Source: Macrostomum lignano
Taxonomy: Eukaryota
Direction: 5' to 3'
Assembly (NCBI GenBank): GCA_002269645.1
Contig: NIVC01000264.1
Location: 311,957 to 375,956 of the forward strand
DNA length: 64,000 nucleotides
Part shown: positions 1 through 11,871 of the stretch, piece after piece
Layout of the letters: each line of letters begins with the position of its first letter
Position numbering within the stretch: the stretch's first letter is position 1
Notes under the pieces: model-generated
Seen by the model: only the letters and a program-made list of their open reading frames with translations
The model's database searches: none
Told to the model about the DNA's origin: nothing
Position numbers and translations under genes: made by a program

Positions 1-189
1 AGTGGATTTGATTGAAATTGTTTAAACTCACCGAATAGGAATAGAGCTGGAGGCCCGGAGCAGGTGTCTGAGAGGTGTTAATCATATTTATTGCTCGAGA
101 ATCGCTATAAGAAGCGGAGTTATTGAAAAAGAAACAAGACACGTGTTGTCTCAGGATTTATGCCTTCAGATGGAAAATTTCAGATTTAG

Positions 190-702
<513 letters not shown>

Positions 703-1804
703 TAGTTAAGATTAAATTTGGTGCTAATGTTGCTGTTTTTTACATAAAAATGAACAGCATTCAAATGTCATAAAATGAAGTGTCATAATGACACTTAATA
801 AAGAATTTAGAAGTCAATAACTTGCTTTCCTCGCTGGCTTGCAGAGCAATATTTGTATTTGCACGCTGGCATCAGTGAACCCGCAGCAGTGGGGCCGATT
901 TGGGGGCACATCAATAGAGACAAAACAATAGGCAAAGACGCAGGGTTGATAATAATTCAGCATTCATTCATCCGGCCAAAGTCACCGCCTGTAGCCGATG
1001 AGCCAGTCCCGCGGGCTGTGATCTGCAAAATCATTTTTGGGAGTATTTTTGTCTTCTTTTCTACTTGAAGTAGAGTAGTGCGGGCAGACGATTTCAAATC
1101 CTATGCGACTTGACTTCACTTGTGGCTGCCCTCCACGGAGTCTCGAATCTAGAAACCGGAGTGGAAACTGCTTTCAAGCTTGCAAGATAATAAATTAATT
1201 TTTATGGAACTATGAGTTTCTGGAATAGGAAAGGAAACTAATTAAAATGGGAATTAAAATACTTTAATTTAACTTCATTGTTTAAGGTGATAGAATCCAT
1301 TTATTAAATTTCCAATACAGAAAGCAGTTTGGGACTTCATACCCTTCATTGATAAGAGGCAAGCCAGTGATCACGTGACGCGATAAAATGGGCCGAGTGG
1401 GAGCAGCGAAGGTTTGACACTTTTTGCCAGGACAAGAAAAACTTTATTAACCTTCTCAGAATTAAATTTGCAAGGAAGCCAGACGGAGCGTTACAAGTTA
1501 CCGACTAGACTGTTTAAATATACAATTGCAGATTTACTTCGTCCTTGAAGTAATTGTTTTAATGCGTCAAATGTACCAGTAACTCTTAATTTTCAAACCG
1601 TAATACTACGAATTCACATGCGCATCAACGACACTATTCATTTCGCTCATTTTCTGATTTTTAATAATTATCTATATCCATACCTTTGTAATTTTGCTGA
1701 CAGAAATCTTGAAACCATTCGGGTTAACCTTGCCGAAAATACTGAATGGCCCCCTTGTTTGGTTCAGTCTTTTATGATGTAAAATTTCGGTTTTGTGAAA
1801 GCAA

Positions 1805-2148
1805 CCCCTCCCAGTCTGTCCCACCCCTCCCAGTCTGCCCTACCCCTCCCAGTCTGCCCCACCCCTCCCAGTCTGCCCCACCCCTCCCAGTCTGCCCCAC
1901 CCCTCCCGTCTGCCCCACCCCTCTCAGTCTGCCCCACCCCTCCCAGTCTGCCCCACCCCTCCCAGTCTGCCCCACCCCTCCCAGTCTGCCCCACTCCTCC
2001 CAGTCTGCCCCACCCCTCCCAGTCTGCCCCACTCCTCCCAGTCTGCCCCACCCCTCCCAGTCTGCCCCAACCCTCCCCCCAGTCTGCCCCACCCCTCCCA
2101 GTCTGCCCCAACCCCCCAGTCTGCCCCACCCCTCCCAGTCTGCCCCAA
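1805..2148. repeat. 19-bp minisatellite CCCTCCCAGTCTGCCCCAC
   Basis: About 18 tandem copies read directly. Confidence 0.95.
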
Positions 2149-2680
2149 TCCGCTAGTTTTCCAAAACGTGCCCACATAGATCACGCCACCTCGCAACTCA
2201 GCCTGCCGTACGTTTGCAAAACACTAACCCTAACCATTAAACACTAACCCTAGCCCTTAAAAAATAGCTCTAACTCTATGTCTGCCAAGCGCAAAACCCA
2301 CCCTTTAATCATAGCTGAGAACTGAGACTTGACCATAATCATATCGGAGTTTTCACTGATAGCCCAGAATGGTCATTAGTCTTCGCTTAATGAGTCCGCA
2401 AACACTTTGAATTCTCGGAGGTGTTTTCTGAGGCATTGGGTTGAGCAGAAAGAAGAGACCTTGCTTTTGCCTCGCGATGCTCTTATCAGGGGGGGGGGGA
2501 CACGTCGAAGAAACGTTGGGCTTACTCAGAAAAACAGACAGATAAGAGCGAAAAGTCAGAGATAAGGCCCAGGTACAAATACCTGGAGACCAGCGCAGCC
2601 GCTCTCTTTCTGCCAACTCTCCGTCAGCCCCAACCTACTCATCCAGCTCATCCCCAGCTAACAGAAAGCAACTCGCAGCG

Positions 2681-3295
2681 ATGGCCCAATGCAAGCCGAA
2701 GGTCTGCTACTTCAATGCCCGCGGTCGGGCAGAGCTGATCCGCCTCGCCCTGACGGCCGGCGGCGTCGAGTTCGATGACGTCCGGTTCACCCGCGAGGAG
2801 TGGCCGGAGAAGAAGAAGATCGCGCCAACCGGCGTGGCGCCCTGGGTGGAGACACCCAATGGGAAGCTGGTGCAGAGCGGCGCCATTGCGCGCTTCATCG
2901 CCAAGAAGCACGGCCTGTACGGCGAGGGCGACTGGGAGTTCTACCTGGTGGAGCGGGCGCTCGCACAGATCGAAGACGTCGCCACCGAGCTGATGAAGAT
3001 GTACTTCGCCCCAGAGGACAAGAAGGCCGAGCTGGTCAAGCAGTTCCAGACCGAGAAGGGGCCCAAGCTGATCGAAGGCCTGCTGAAGTTCATCGAGGAC
3101 GGCGGCAGCGGCTTCTTCGCCGGCAAGTCGGTGACCTTGGCTGACCTCGCCAGCGTGAACATGGTGGACCAGCTGGCTCTCGTGCCGGAGCTGCTGGCCA
3201 AGTTCCCGCAGCTCGAGGCCCACAAGAAGCGCGTACTGGAGGCCAAGCCGAAGGTGGCCGAGTGGATCAAGAACCGGCCGCAGACCCCCGTCTGA
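2681..3295 (+). CDS. GST: Glutathione S-transferase, sigma-like, intronless (204 aa)
   Basis: N-terminal YFNARGRAELIRL (catalytic Tyr motif), conserved Trp in EEWPEKK, cis-Pro, LVQSGAIARFIAKKHGLYG, C-terminal G-x-x-x-T-L-A-D N-capping box and WIKNRPQTP. GC-rich codon usage; AATAAA near 3364. Confidence 0.95.
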   Translation: MAQCKPKVCYFNARGRAELIRLALTAGGVEFDDVRFTREEWPEKKKIAPTGVAPWVETPNGKLVQSGAIARFIAKKHGLYGEGDWEFYLVERALAQIEDVATELMKMYFAPEDKKAELVKQFQTEKGPKLIEGLLKFIEDGGSGFFAGKSVTLADLASVNMVDQLALVPELLAKFPQLEAHKKRVLEAKPKVAEWIKNRPQTPV

Positions 3296-3540
3296 GCAGC
3301 GGCTTCCAAGTCTCTGACCTTAAATGACCCATTGACAGTCAAGTGAAATTATGCTCGTATGCAAATAAACCTATTTAGAATGCTTTAACCACAGTAGCAA
3401 CTATTTAATTATGCCGGCAATTCTTACAGAGCGATTTTATTGTTTTTCATATTTATTACATATACGAGCCATTTCTTTTCAGAGTTTATAATAAGCAAGT
3501 CAATCATGAAATACAACGATGCATAGTAGGGTGTACTAAT

Positions 3541-3968
3541 AGAAAATGGATTGCTAGTCTAGCCAAAATAGAAATGGATTGCTAGACTAGCCAACCTGGG
3601 TGCAGGAATAGAAATGGATTGCTAGACTAGCCAACCTGGGTGCAGGAATATACAATGGATTGCTAGACTAGCCAACCTGGCGCAGGAATATACAATGGAT
3701 TGCTAGACTAGCCAACCTGGTGCAGGAATATACAATGGATTGCTAGTCTAGCCAACCTGGTGCAGGAATATACAATGGATTGCTAGTCTAGCCAACCTGG
3801 GTGCAGGAATATACAATGGATTGCTAGTCTAGCCAACCTGGGTGCAGGAATATATAATGGATTGCTAGACTAGCCAGCCTGGGTGCAGGAATATACAATG
3901 GATTGCTAGACTAGCCAACCTGGTGCAGGAATATACAATGGATTGCTAGACTAGCCAACCTGGGTGCA
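3541..3968. repeat. About 41-bp minisatellite (AATGGATTGCTAGACTAGCCAACCTGGGTGCAGGAATATAC)
   Basis: About 10 tandem copies; begins just after a minus-strand G|GTAAGC donor at 3985/3984. Confidence 0.92.
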
Positions 3969-3994
3969 GCAGCGGAGCGCTTACCATCGTGGAT

Positions 3995-4267
3995 TCACTT
4001 CCTGCGCAGCCGCTCAGCTCTGAACAGCAGGTCGAACAGCCGCTGCGTCTCAGCTTCATCATCGTCGGAGGCTGAGGAGGAGCTCGCGCTGCCGCCTCCC
4101 ATGGTCTCGAGGATGCCGACATCTCGCCACTGCCGACGCTGGCGAGCCTCCAGCAGCGCCGCCCGAACGGACGCCGTCACCGGGCCGGCGTCAGCCAGAG
4201 AAACGGACGCCAGCAGCAGCAGCAGCAGCAGCAGTGGCGGAAGGAGCGACAGCGCTTTCCTGACCAT
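3995..4267 (-). CDS. Small secreted protein, possible neuropeptide/prohormone precursor (90 aa)
   Basis: Hydrophobic N-terminal signal-peptide-like stretch (MVRKALSLLPPLLLLLLLLASVSLA), internal RR before a Gln, acidic spacer (SDDDEAE), C-terminal RRK. No family recognised. Confidence 0.6.
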   Translation of the reverse strand: MVRKALSLLPPLLLLLLLLASVSLADAGPVTASVRAALLEARQRRQWRDVGILETMGGGSASSSSASDDDEAETQRLFDLLFRAERLRRK

Positions 4268-5048
4268 CGGGTTGCTCGTGTGAGTTCCGCTCTGTTTGTA
4301 CAGAAAGTTGCCGTCTGCGCCGCCTCAAGCTGCGCCCCCGCCTGGCTGTGGCTTTATTGGGATCAGCACTTGCTGGGGATCGAGTCATGGGGTTTGCATG
4401 GGATCGCTTGATTGGCTGAGGAGACTGCGACTTTACAAGTAGCAGCTTGAGTACTGCTGCTTTGCCTGTGCATATCCTGGATGGCCTTATAATGTTTTTA
4501 TAAAAACATCAATAATAAAACCTCCCCTAATTGAAATACAACAACCGATCCCTTTCTCTATCTCTATCCATATCCCTATCTCTATCCCTATCCCATCCAT
4601 ATCCTTATTACTATTCTTCGTCCTAACCCCAGCCTCAGCCCTAGCCCAGCTTCTCCCTAGCAACGGTGGCCTGGGGCCCAAGGGTGACTGAACGCGAGCA
4701 GGCAGCTCTCAAATTCGCATTAACACCGTGCAGTCCCCGGTCTCCAGGCAGGATATGACAGCAAGCATATGCAAAGCCGAGAAAGGCGAGAAAGGCAGTA
4801 TGGCCGGCCATTTTTCGGTCTATTCCCCGCGGAGGGCACGCGTAATTCCCTCCTGCTTACCATTGCCATTCGGAACACAAAAGGGTTGCAAAAATTTTAA
4901 AGGCTTCGTTCGCAAAATCAGATTAATATAGTTTGTACCAGAAATGCATTCACAAAGGCGATTCTAACGTAATTATTTTTAGCCAAGCAGTCGCGTTCAT
5001 TCCACTGAACGCTCAGCATGCTCTCAGGCAGGGTCTACAGTGGCCGTG

Positions 5049-8000
5049 ACTTTCTACAGCTACAGCGGGACTCTGGCAGGTTAGCTACAGCGGGACTCTG
5101 GCAGGAGGGCAGCTACAGCGGGACTCTGGCAGGAGATCAGCTACAGCGGGACTCTGGCAGGTCAGCTACAGTGGGACTCTGGCAGGAGATCAGCTACAGC
5201 GGGACTCTGGCAGGAGATCAGCTACAGCGGGACTCTGGCAGGTCAGCTACAGTGGGACTCTGGCAGGAGATCAGCTACAGCGGGACTCTGGCAGGTCAGC
5301 TACAGCGGGACTCTGGCAGGAGGTCAGCTACAGTGGGACTCTGGCAGGAGATCAGCTACAGCGGGACTCTGGCAGGTCTGCTACAGCGGGACTCTGGCAG
5401 GTCAGCTACAGCGGGACTCTGGCAGGAGGTCAGCTACAGCGGGACTCTGGCAGGTCTGCTACAGCGGGACTCTGGCAGGTCAGCTACAGCGGGACTCTGG
5501 CAGGAGGTCAGCTACAGTGGGACTCTGGCAGGAGATCAGCTACAGCGGGACTCTGACAGGTTAGCTACAGCGGGACTCTGGCAGGAGGTCAGCTACAGCG
5601 GGACTCTGGCAGGAGGTCAGCTACAGCGGGACTCTGGCAGGAGATCAGCTACAGCGGGACTCTGGCAGGAGGTCAGCTACAGCGGGACTCTGGCAGGAGG
5701 TCAGCTACAGCGGGACTCTGGCAGGAGATCAGCTACAGCGGGACTCTGGCAGGTCAGCTACAGCGGGACTCTGGCAGGTCAGCTACAGCGGGACTCTGGC
5801 AGGAGGTCAGCTACAGAGATCAGCTACAGCGGGACTCTGGCAGGTCAGCTACAGCGGGACTCTGGCAGGTCAGCTACAGTGGGACTCTGGCAGGAGGTCA
5901 GCTACAGCGGGACTCTGGCAGGTCAGCTACAGCGGGACTCTGGCAGGTCAGCTACAGCGGGACTCTGGCAGGTCAGCTACAGCGGGACTCTGGCAGGAGG
6001 TCAGCTACAGTGGGACTCTGGCAGGAGATCAGCTACAGCGGGACTCTGGCAGGTCAGCTACAGCGGGACTCTGGCAGGTCAGCTACAGTGGGACTCTGGC
6101 AGGAGGTCAGCTACAGCGGGACTCTGGCAGGTCAGCTACAGCGGGACTCTGGCAGGTCAGCTACAGCGGGACTCTGGCAGGTCAGCTACAGCGGGACTCT
6201 GGCAGGTCAGCTACAGCGGGACTCTGGCAGGTCTGCTACAGCGGGACTCTGGCAGGTCAGCTACAGCGGGACTCTGGCAGGAGGTCAGCTACAGTGGGAC
6301 TCTGGCAGGAGATCAGCTACAGCGGGACTCTGGCAGGTCAGCTACAGCGGGACTCTGGCAGGTCAGCTACAGCGGGACTCTGGCAGGAGATCAGCTACAG
6401 CGGGACTCTGGCAGGTCTGCTACAGCGGGACTCTGGCAGGTCAGCTACAGCGGGACTCTGGCAGGAGGTCAGCTACAGTGGGACTCTGGCAGGAGATCAG
6501 CTACAGCGGGACTCTGGCAGGTCAGCTACAGCGGGACTCTGGCAGGTCAGCTACAGCGGGACTCTGGCAGGAGATCAGCTACAGCGGGACTCTGGCAGGT
6601 CTGCTACAGCGGGACTCTGGCAGGTCAGCTACAGCGGGACTCTGGCAGGAGGTCAGCTACAGTGGGACTCTGGCAGGAGATCAGCTACAGCGGGACTCTG
6701 GCAGGTCAGCTACCGCGGGACTCTGGCAGGTCAGCTACAGTGGGACTCTGGCAGGAGGTCAGCTACAGCGGGACTCTGGCAGGTCAGCTACAGCGGGACT
6801 CTGGCAGGAGATCAGCTACAGCGGGACTCTGGCAGGTCTGCTACAGCGGGACTCTGGCAGGTCAGCTACAGCGGGACTCTGGCAGGAGGTCAGCTACAGT
6901 GGGACTCTGGCAGGAGATCAGCTACAGCGGGACTCTGGCAGGTCAGCTACAGCGGGACTCTGGCAGGTCAGCTACAGCGGGACTCTGGCAGGAGATCAGC
7001 TACAGCGGGACTCTGGCAGGTCTGCTACAGCGGGACTCTGGCAGGTCAGCTACAGCGGGACTCTGGCAGGAGGTCAGCTACAGTGGGACTCTGGCAGGAG
7101 ATCAGCTACAGCGGGACTCTGGCAGGTCAGCTACAGCGGGACTCTGGCAGGTCAGCTACAGTGGGACTCTGGCAGGAGGTCAGCTACAGCGGGACTCTGG
7201 CAGGTCAGCTACAGCGGGACTCTGGCAGGTCAGCTACAGCGGGACTCTGGCAGGTCAGCTACAGCGGGACTCTGGCAGGTCAGCTACAGCGGGACTCTGG
7301 CAGGTCTGCTACAGCGGGACTCTGGCAGGAGGTCAGCTACAGCGGGACTCTGGCAGCAGATCAGCTACAGCGGGACTCTGGCAGGAGGTCAGCTACAGCG
7401 GGACTCTGGCAGGAGGTCAGTTACAGCGGGACTCTGGCAGGTCTGCTACAGCGGGACTCTGGCAGGTCAGCTACAGCGGGACTCTGGCAGGAGGTCAGCT
7501 ACAGTGGGACTCTGGCAGGAGATCAGCTACAGCGGGACTCTGGCAGGTCAGCTACAGCGGGACTCTGGCAGGTCAGCTACAGCGGGACTCTGGCAGGTCA
7601 GCTACAGCGGGACTCTGGCAGGAGGTCAGCTACAGTGGGACTCTGGCAGGAGATCAGCTACAGCGGGACTCTGGCAGGTCAGCTACAGCGGGACTCTGGC
7701 AGGTCAGCTACAGTGGGACTCTGGCAGGAGATCAGCTACAGCGGGACTCTGGCAGGTCAGCTACAGCGGGACTCTGGCAGGTCAGCTACAGCGGGACTCT
7801 GGCAGGTCAGCTACAGCGGGACTCTGGCAGGAGGTCAGCTACAGTGGGACTCTGGCAGGAGATCAGCTACAGCGGGACTCTGGCAGGTCAGCTACAGCGG
7901 GACTCTGGCAGGTCAGCTACAGTGGGACTCTGGCAGGTCAGCTACAGTGGGACTCTGGCAGGAGGTCAGCTACAGCGGGACTCTGGCAGGAGGTCAGCTA

Positions 8001-9047
8001 CAGCGGGACTCTGGCAGGAGGTCAGCTACAGCGGGACTCTGGCAGGAGATCAGCTACAGCGGGACTCTGGCAGGAGGTCAGCTACAGCGGGACTCTGGCA
8101 GGAGATCAGCTACAGCGGGACTCTGGCAGGTCAGCTACAGCGGGACTCTGGCAGGAGGTCAGCTACAGCGGGACTCTGGCAGCAGATCAGCTACAGCGGG
8201 ACTCTGGCAGGAGGTCAGCTACAGCGGGACTCTGGCAGGAGGTCAGCTACAGCGGGACTCTGGCAGGTCAGCTACAGCGGGACTCTGGCAGGAGGTCAGC
8301 TACAGTGGGACTCTGGCAGGAGATCAGCTACAGCGGGACTCTGGCAGGTCAGCTACAGCGGGACTCTGGCAGGTCAGCTACAGCGGGACTCTGGCAGGTC
8401 AGCTACAGCGGGACTCTGGCAGGTCAGCTACAGTGGGACTCTGGCAGGAGATCAGCTACAGCGGGACTCTGGCAGGTCAGCTACAGCGGGACTCTGGCAG
8501 GTCAGCTACAGTGGGACTCTGGCAGGAGATCAGCTACAGCGGGACTCTGGCAGGTCAGCTACAGCGGGACTCTGGCAGGTCAGCTACAGCGGGACTCTGG
8601 CAGGTCAGCTACAGTGGGACTCTGGCAGGAGATCAGCTACAGCGGGACTCTGGCAGGTCAGCTACAGCGGGACTCTGGCAGGTCAGCTACAGTGGGACTC
8701 TGGCAGGTCAGCTACAGTGGGACTCTGGCAGGAGGTCAGCTACAGCGGGACTCTGGCAGGAGGTCAGCTACAGCGGGACTCTGGCAGGAGGTCAGCTACA
8801 GCGGGACTCTGGCAGGAGATCAGCTACAGCGGGACTCTGGCAGGAGATCAGCTACAGCGGGACTCTGGCAGGAGGTCAGCTACAGTGGGACTCTGGCAGG
8901 AGATCAGCTACAGCGGGACTCTGGCAGGTCAGCTACAGCGGGACTCTGGCAGGTCAGCTACAGCGGGACTCTGGCGGCAGGAGATCAGCTACAGCGGGAC
9001 TCTGGCGGCAAGAGGTCAGCTACAGCGGGACTTTGGCAGGAGATCAG
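5049..9047. repeat. 4-kb minisatellite of 25/28-bp units (CAGCTACAGCGGGACTCTGGCAG[GAG]GT)
   Basis: About 150 units read directly; the source of the three 900-1350 aa ORFs. Confidence 0.97.
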
Positions 9048-10744
9048 AAATAGTAGAGTCACTACTTTTTCTGCACTCGAAATGGCATCAGTGAATGCGA
9101 TATTGATTCTTATTCATAATAGACCTATACGCAAGAAACCTTTTTTAAAGTACTTTTTCACCTCGTCTCAGATTTTCTGCAGGCAGCCGAAAACATTCCG
9201 TGACATTCCGTTTTCACGGGGAACTGCAGATTAATGACGCACCAAGTTTATATTTTTATATGATTGCGTGACAGTCGCCTTGGATACAACTTAAGCAATA
9301 TGTGGTGCAGACAGAATGAAGGAAATGTGTTTCAGATTCCCTGCTTGCTGGGTCGGTGCTGTGTGTTATTTGTTTGTTCTGTTTCGGTGCTTGATTTCAA
9401 TGTGTTACTTCTCATTCAGAAGAACAATTAAGCTCTGCTTTGACCGATCCAGCAAGTCGCTTGTTGTGAAGTAGAAAATTTGGGCAAAGACAGACGGAGT
9501 TCATCGGTGGGGGGTTGGCCAGTTCACAGCCCAGAAAAAAGAAAATGTACAAGCCGATAGATCTCAGTTATAGTACTCTGAAAAATAAATAAATTTGAAG
9601 AGAAAAGTAATAACAATACAGAGATCTAAAGAAAAATAGTCAAATTATTTGAGAGAAAAATGATAGAGAAAGAATTCAGTTATGTTTTCAGTTCAAGTTT
9701 GAATTTATGCGAGCAAAGCAAATCGTTCTTTTCAGCTCGTTTAAAACGTGTTTGGCGCCAATTCGAATCGTTCAATGGTCCGGCGGATCCCGTCGCGTAG
9801 CTCGGGCGACTCCCAGTGCGCGCTGCCGTCGAAGGCGGTCAGTTTGTTCAGCACAGAATGGAGGCGCAGAATTCTGGTCAGAGCTGCGGAAGTGGCAGTG
9901 GGGCAATGTTGAATCTGCTCAACTAAGCCTATGGAGCCTGATGACTCAGGCTTTCCTCTCTTTCAGACTTTAAGCTTCGGGGCGTGCCAGATCAGAGGGA
10001 TAGAGCTTGGGCTGCTGGGTAATGTACATTCGTTCCTGTACATTCTAGCGGACGGGCGGAGTGAGGTGGCTGTCTGGGGGGAGGGTTGCGGAGAGGCAAG
10101 GCGTGAGGCGGGCGTCAGAGCGCGTGATGTACACTGCGCGAATGTACATTCAGACAGTCCAATATAATCGTATATTATAATTATACACTTGCTAATATCT
10201 GTAAAATTATCATGAAAAAGAAAATTAAAATCGTAAAAATCTTTGGAACGTCCTCTTGATTGTTTTCTTTAACAAGCAACTCTAATTCCCCCCCCCCCGA
10301 ATACAAAGCCAGATTCCAATCAGGCAGCTGAAGAAAGTAATTCTTTTGTCTGAAAATTTCATTTTGCCAGAGAGGATCAGGAAGTCCCGCCACACTGCTT
10401 GACCAGGCGGTCAGCGAGAGATGATCAGGGAGGGAAAGAAGTCAAACGAGCAGATTGAGGCGGAGCTCTCTGCCTGATTAAGCGCGTGCTTGAATTTCTA
10501 ATTACGATTATCCCCTCCCGAGGGTGTAATTTCCGAATTCGCGCATAGCCATGAAAGGAAGGTGAGGGCGCTAGAGCCTCTCAGCATTAGTATGGGCATA
10601 TGTGCACATATGTTGATGAGATTTGGGTTTAAGAACAGCTTTTATTCTTGAGTCTTAATAACAGATAAAATCGAGTTTTCTAGCTACTAAAAGCAATGCT
10701 AAGATAGCTCGTATAACTTAAAAGAGTAAAAAAAATCAAGTACG

Positions 10745-11871
10745 TTAACCATGCATATATTGTGGTACAGTAATCTGCATATATGTACACCATGCATATA
10801 TATTAGCTGCAGTAATCATAACCATGCATATATATTAGCTCCAGTAATCATTATCATGCATATATATTAGCTGCAGTAATCATAACCATGCATATATATT
10901 AGCTCCAGTAATCATTATCATGAATATATATTAGCTGCAGTAATCATAACTATGCATATATATTAGCTCCAGTAATCATTACCATGCATATATTGTGGTA
11001 CAGTAATCTGCATATATGTACACCATGCATATATATTAGCTGCAGTAATCATAACCATGCATATATATTAGCTGCTGCAGTAATCATAACCATGCATATA
11101 TATTAGCTACATTAATCATAACCATGCATATATATTAGCTGTAGTAATCATAACCATGCAAATATATTAGCTACAGTAATCATTACCATGCATATATATT
11201 AGCTGCTGCAGTAATCATAACCATGCATATATATTAGCTGCAGTAATCATAACCATGCATATATATTAGCTGCAGTAATCATAACCATGCATATATATTA
11301 GCTGCTGCAGTAATCATAACCATGCATATATATTAGCTGCAGTAATCATAACCATGCATATATATATTAGCTGCAGTAATCATTACCATGCATATATATT
11401 AGCTGCAGTAATCATAACCATGCATATATATTAGCTGCAGTAATCATAACCATGCATATATATATTAGCTGCAGTAATCATTACCATGCATATATATTAG
11501 CTGCAGTAATCATAACCATGCATATATATTAGCTGCAGTAATCATTACCATGCATATATATTAGCTGCAGTAATCATTACCATGCATATATATTAGCTGC
11601 AGTAATCATTACCATGCATATATATTAGCTGCAGTAATCATTACCATGCATATATATTAGCTGCAGTAATCATTACCATGCATATATATTAGCTGCAGTA
11701 ATCATTACCATGCATATATATTAGCTGCAGTAATCATTACCATGCATATATATTAGCTGCAGTAATCATTACCATGCATATATATTAGCTGCAGTAATCA
11801 TTACCATGCATATATATTAGCTGCAGTAATCATTACCATGCATATATATTAGCTGCTGCAGTAATCATTAC
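10745..11871. repeat. About 32-bp AT-rich minisatellite (GCTGCAGTAATCATTACCATGCATATATATTA) in nuclear receptor intron 5
   Basis: About 33 copies; the array starts exactly at the minus-strand donor at 11871. Confidence 0.93.

Noticed and set aside
2223-2260. Interstitial telomeric repeat (CTAACCCT)
   Set aside because: Only two or three degenerate copies; not an array.
5018-9234. Three giant ORFs (1358, 1074 and 919 aa) as a repeat protein
   Set aside because: All three frames encode the same peptides because the units are 1 mod 3 and stop-free. There is no signal peptide or domain and no frame preference, so this is an artefact of the array, although an ATG at 5018 does exist.
9707-10393. 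Short ORFs between the 4-kb array and the nuclear receptor 3' end
   Set aside because: No recognisable motifs, coding bias or convincing splice signals.
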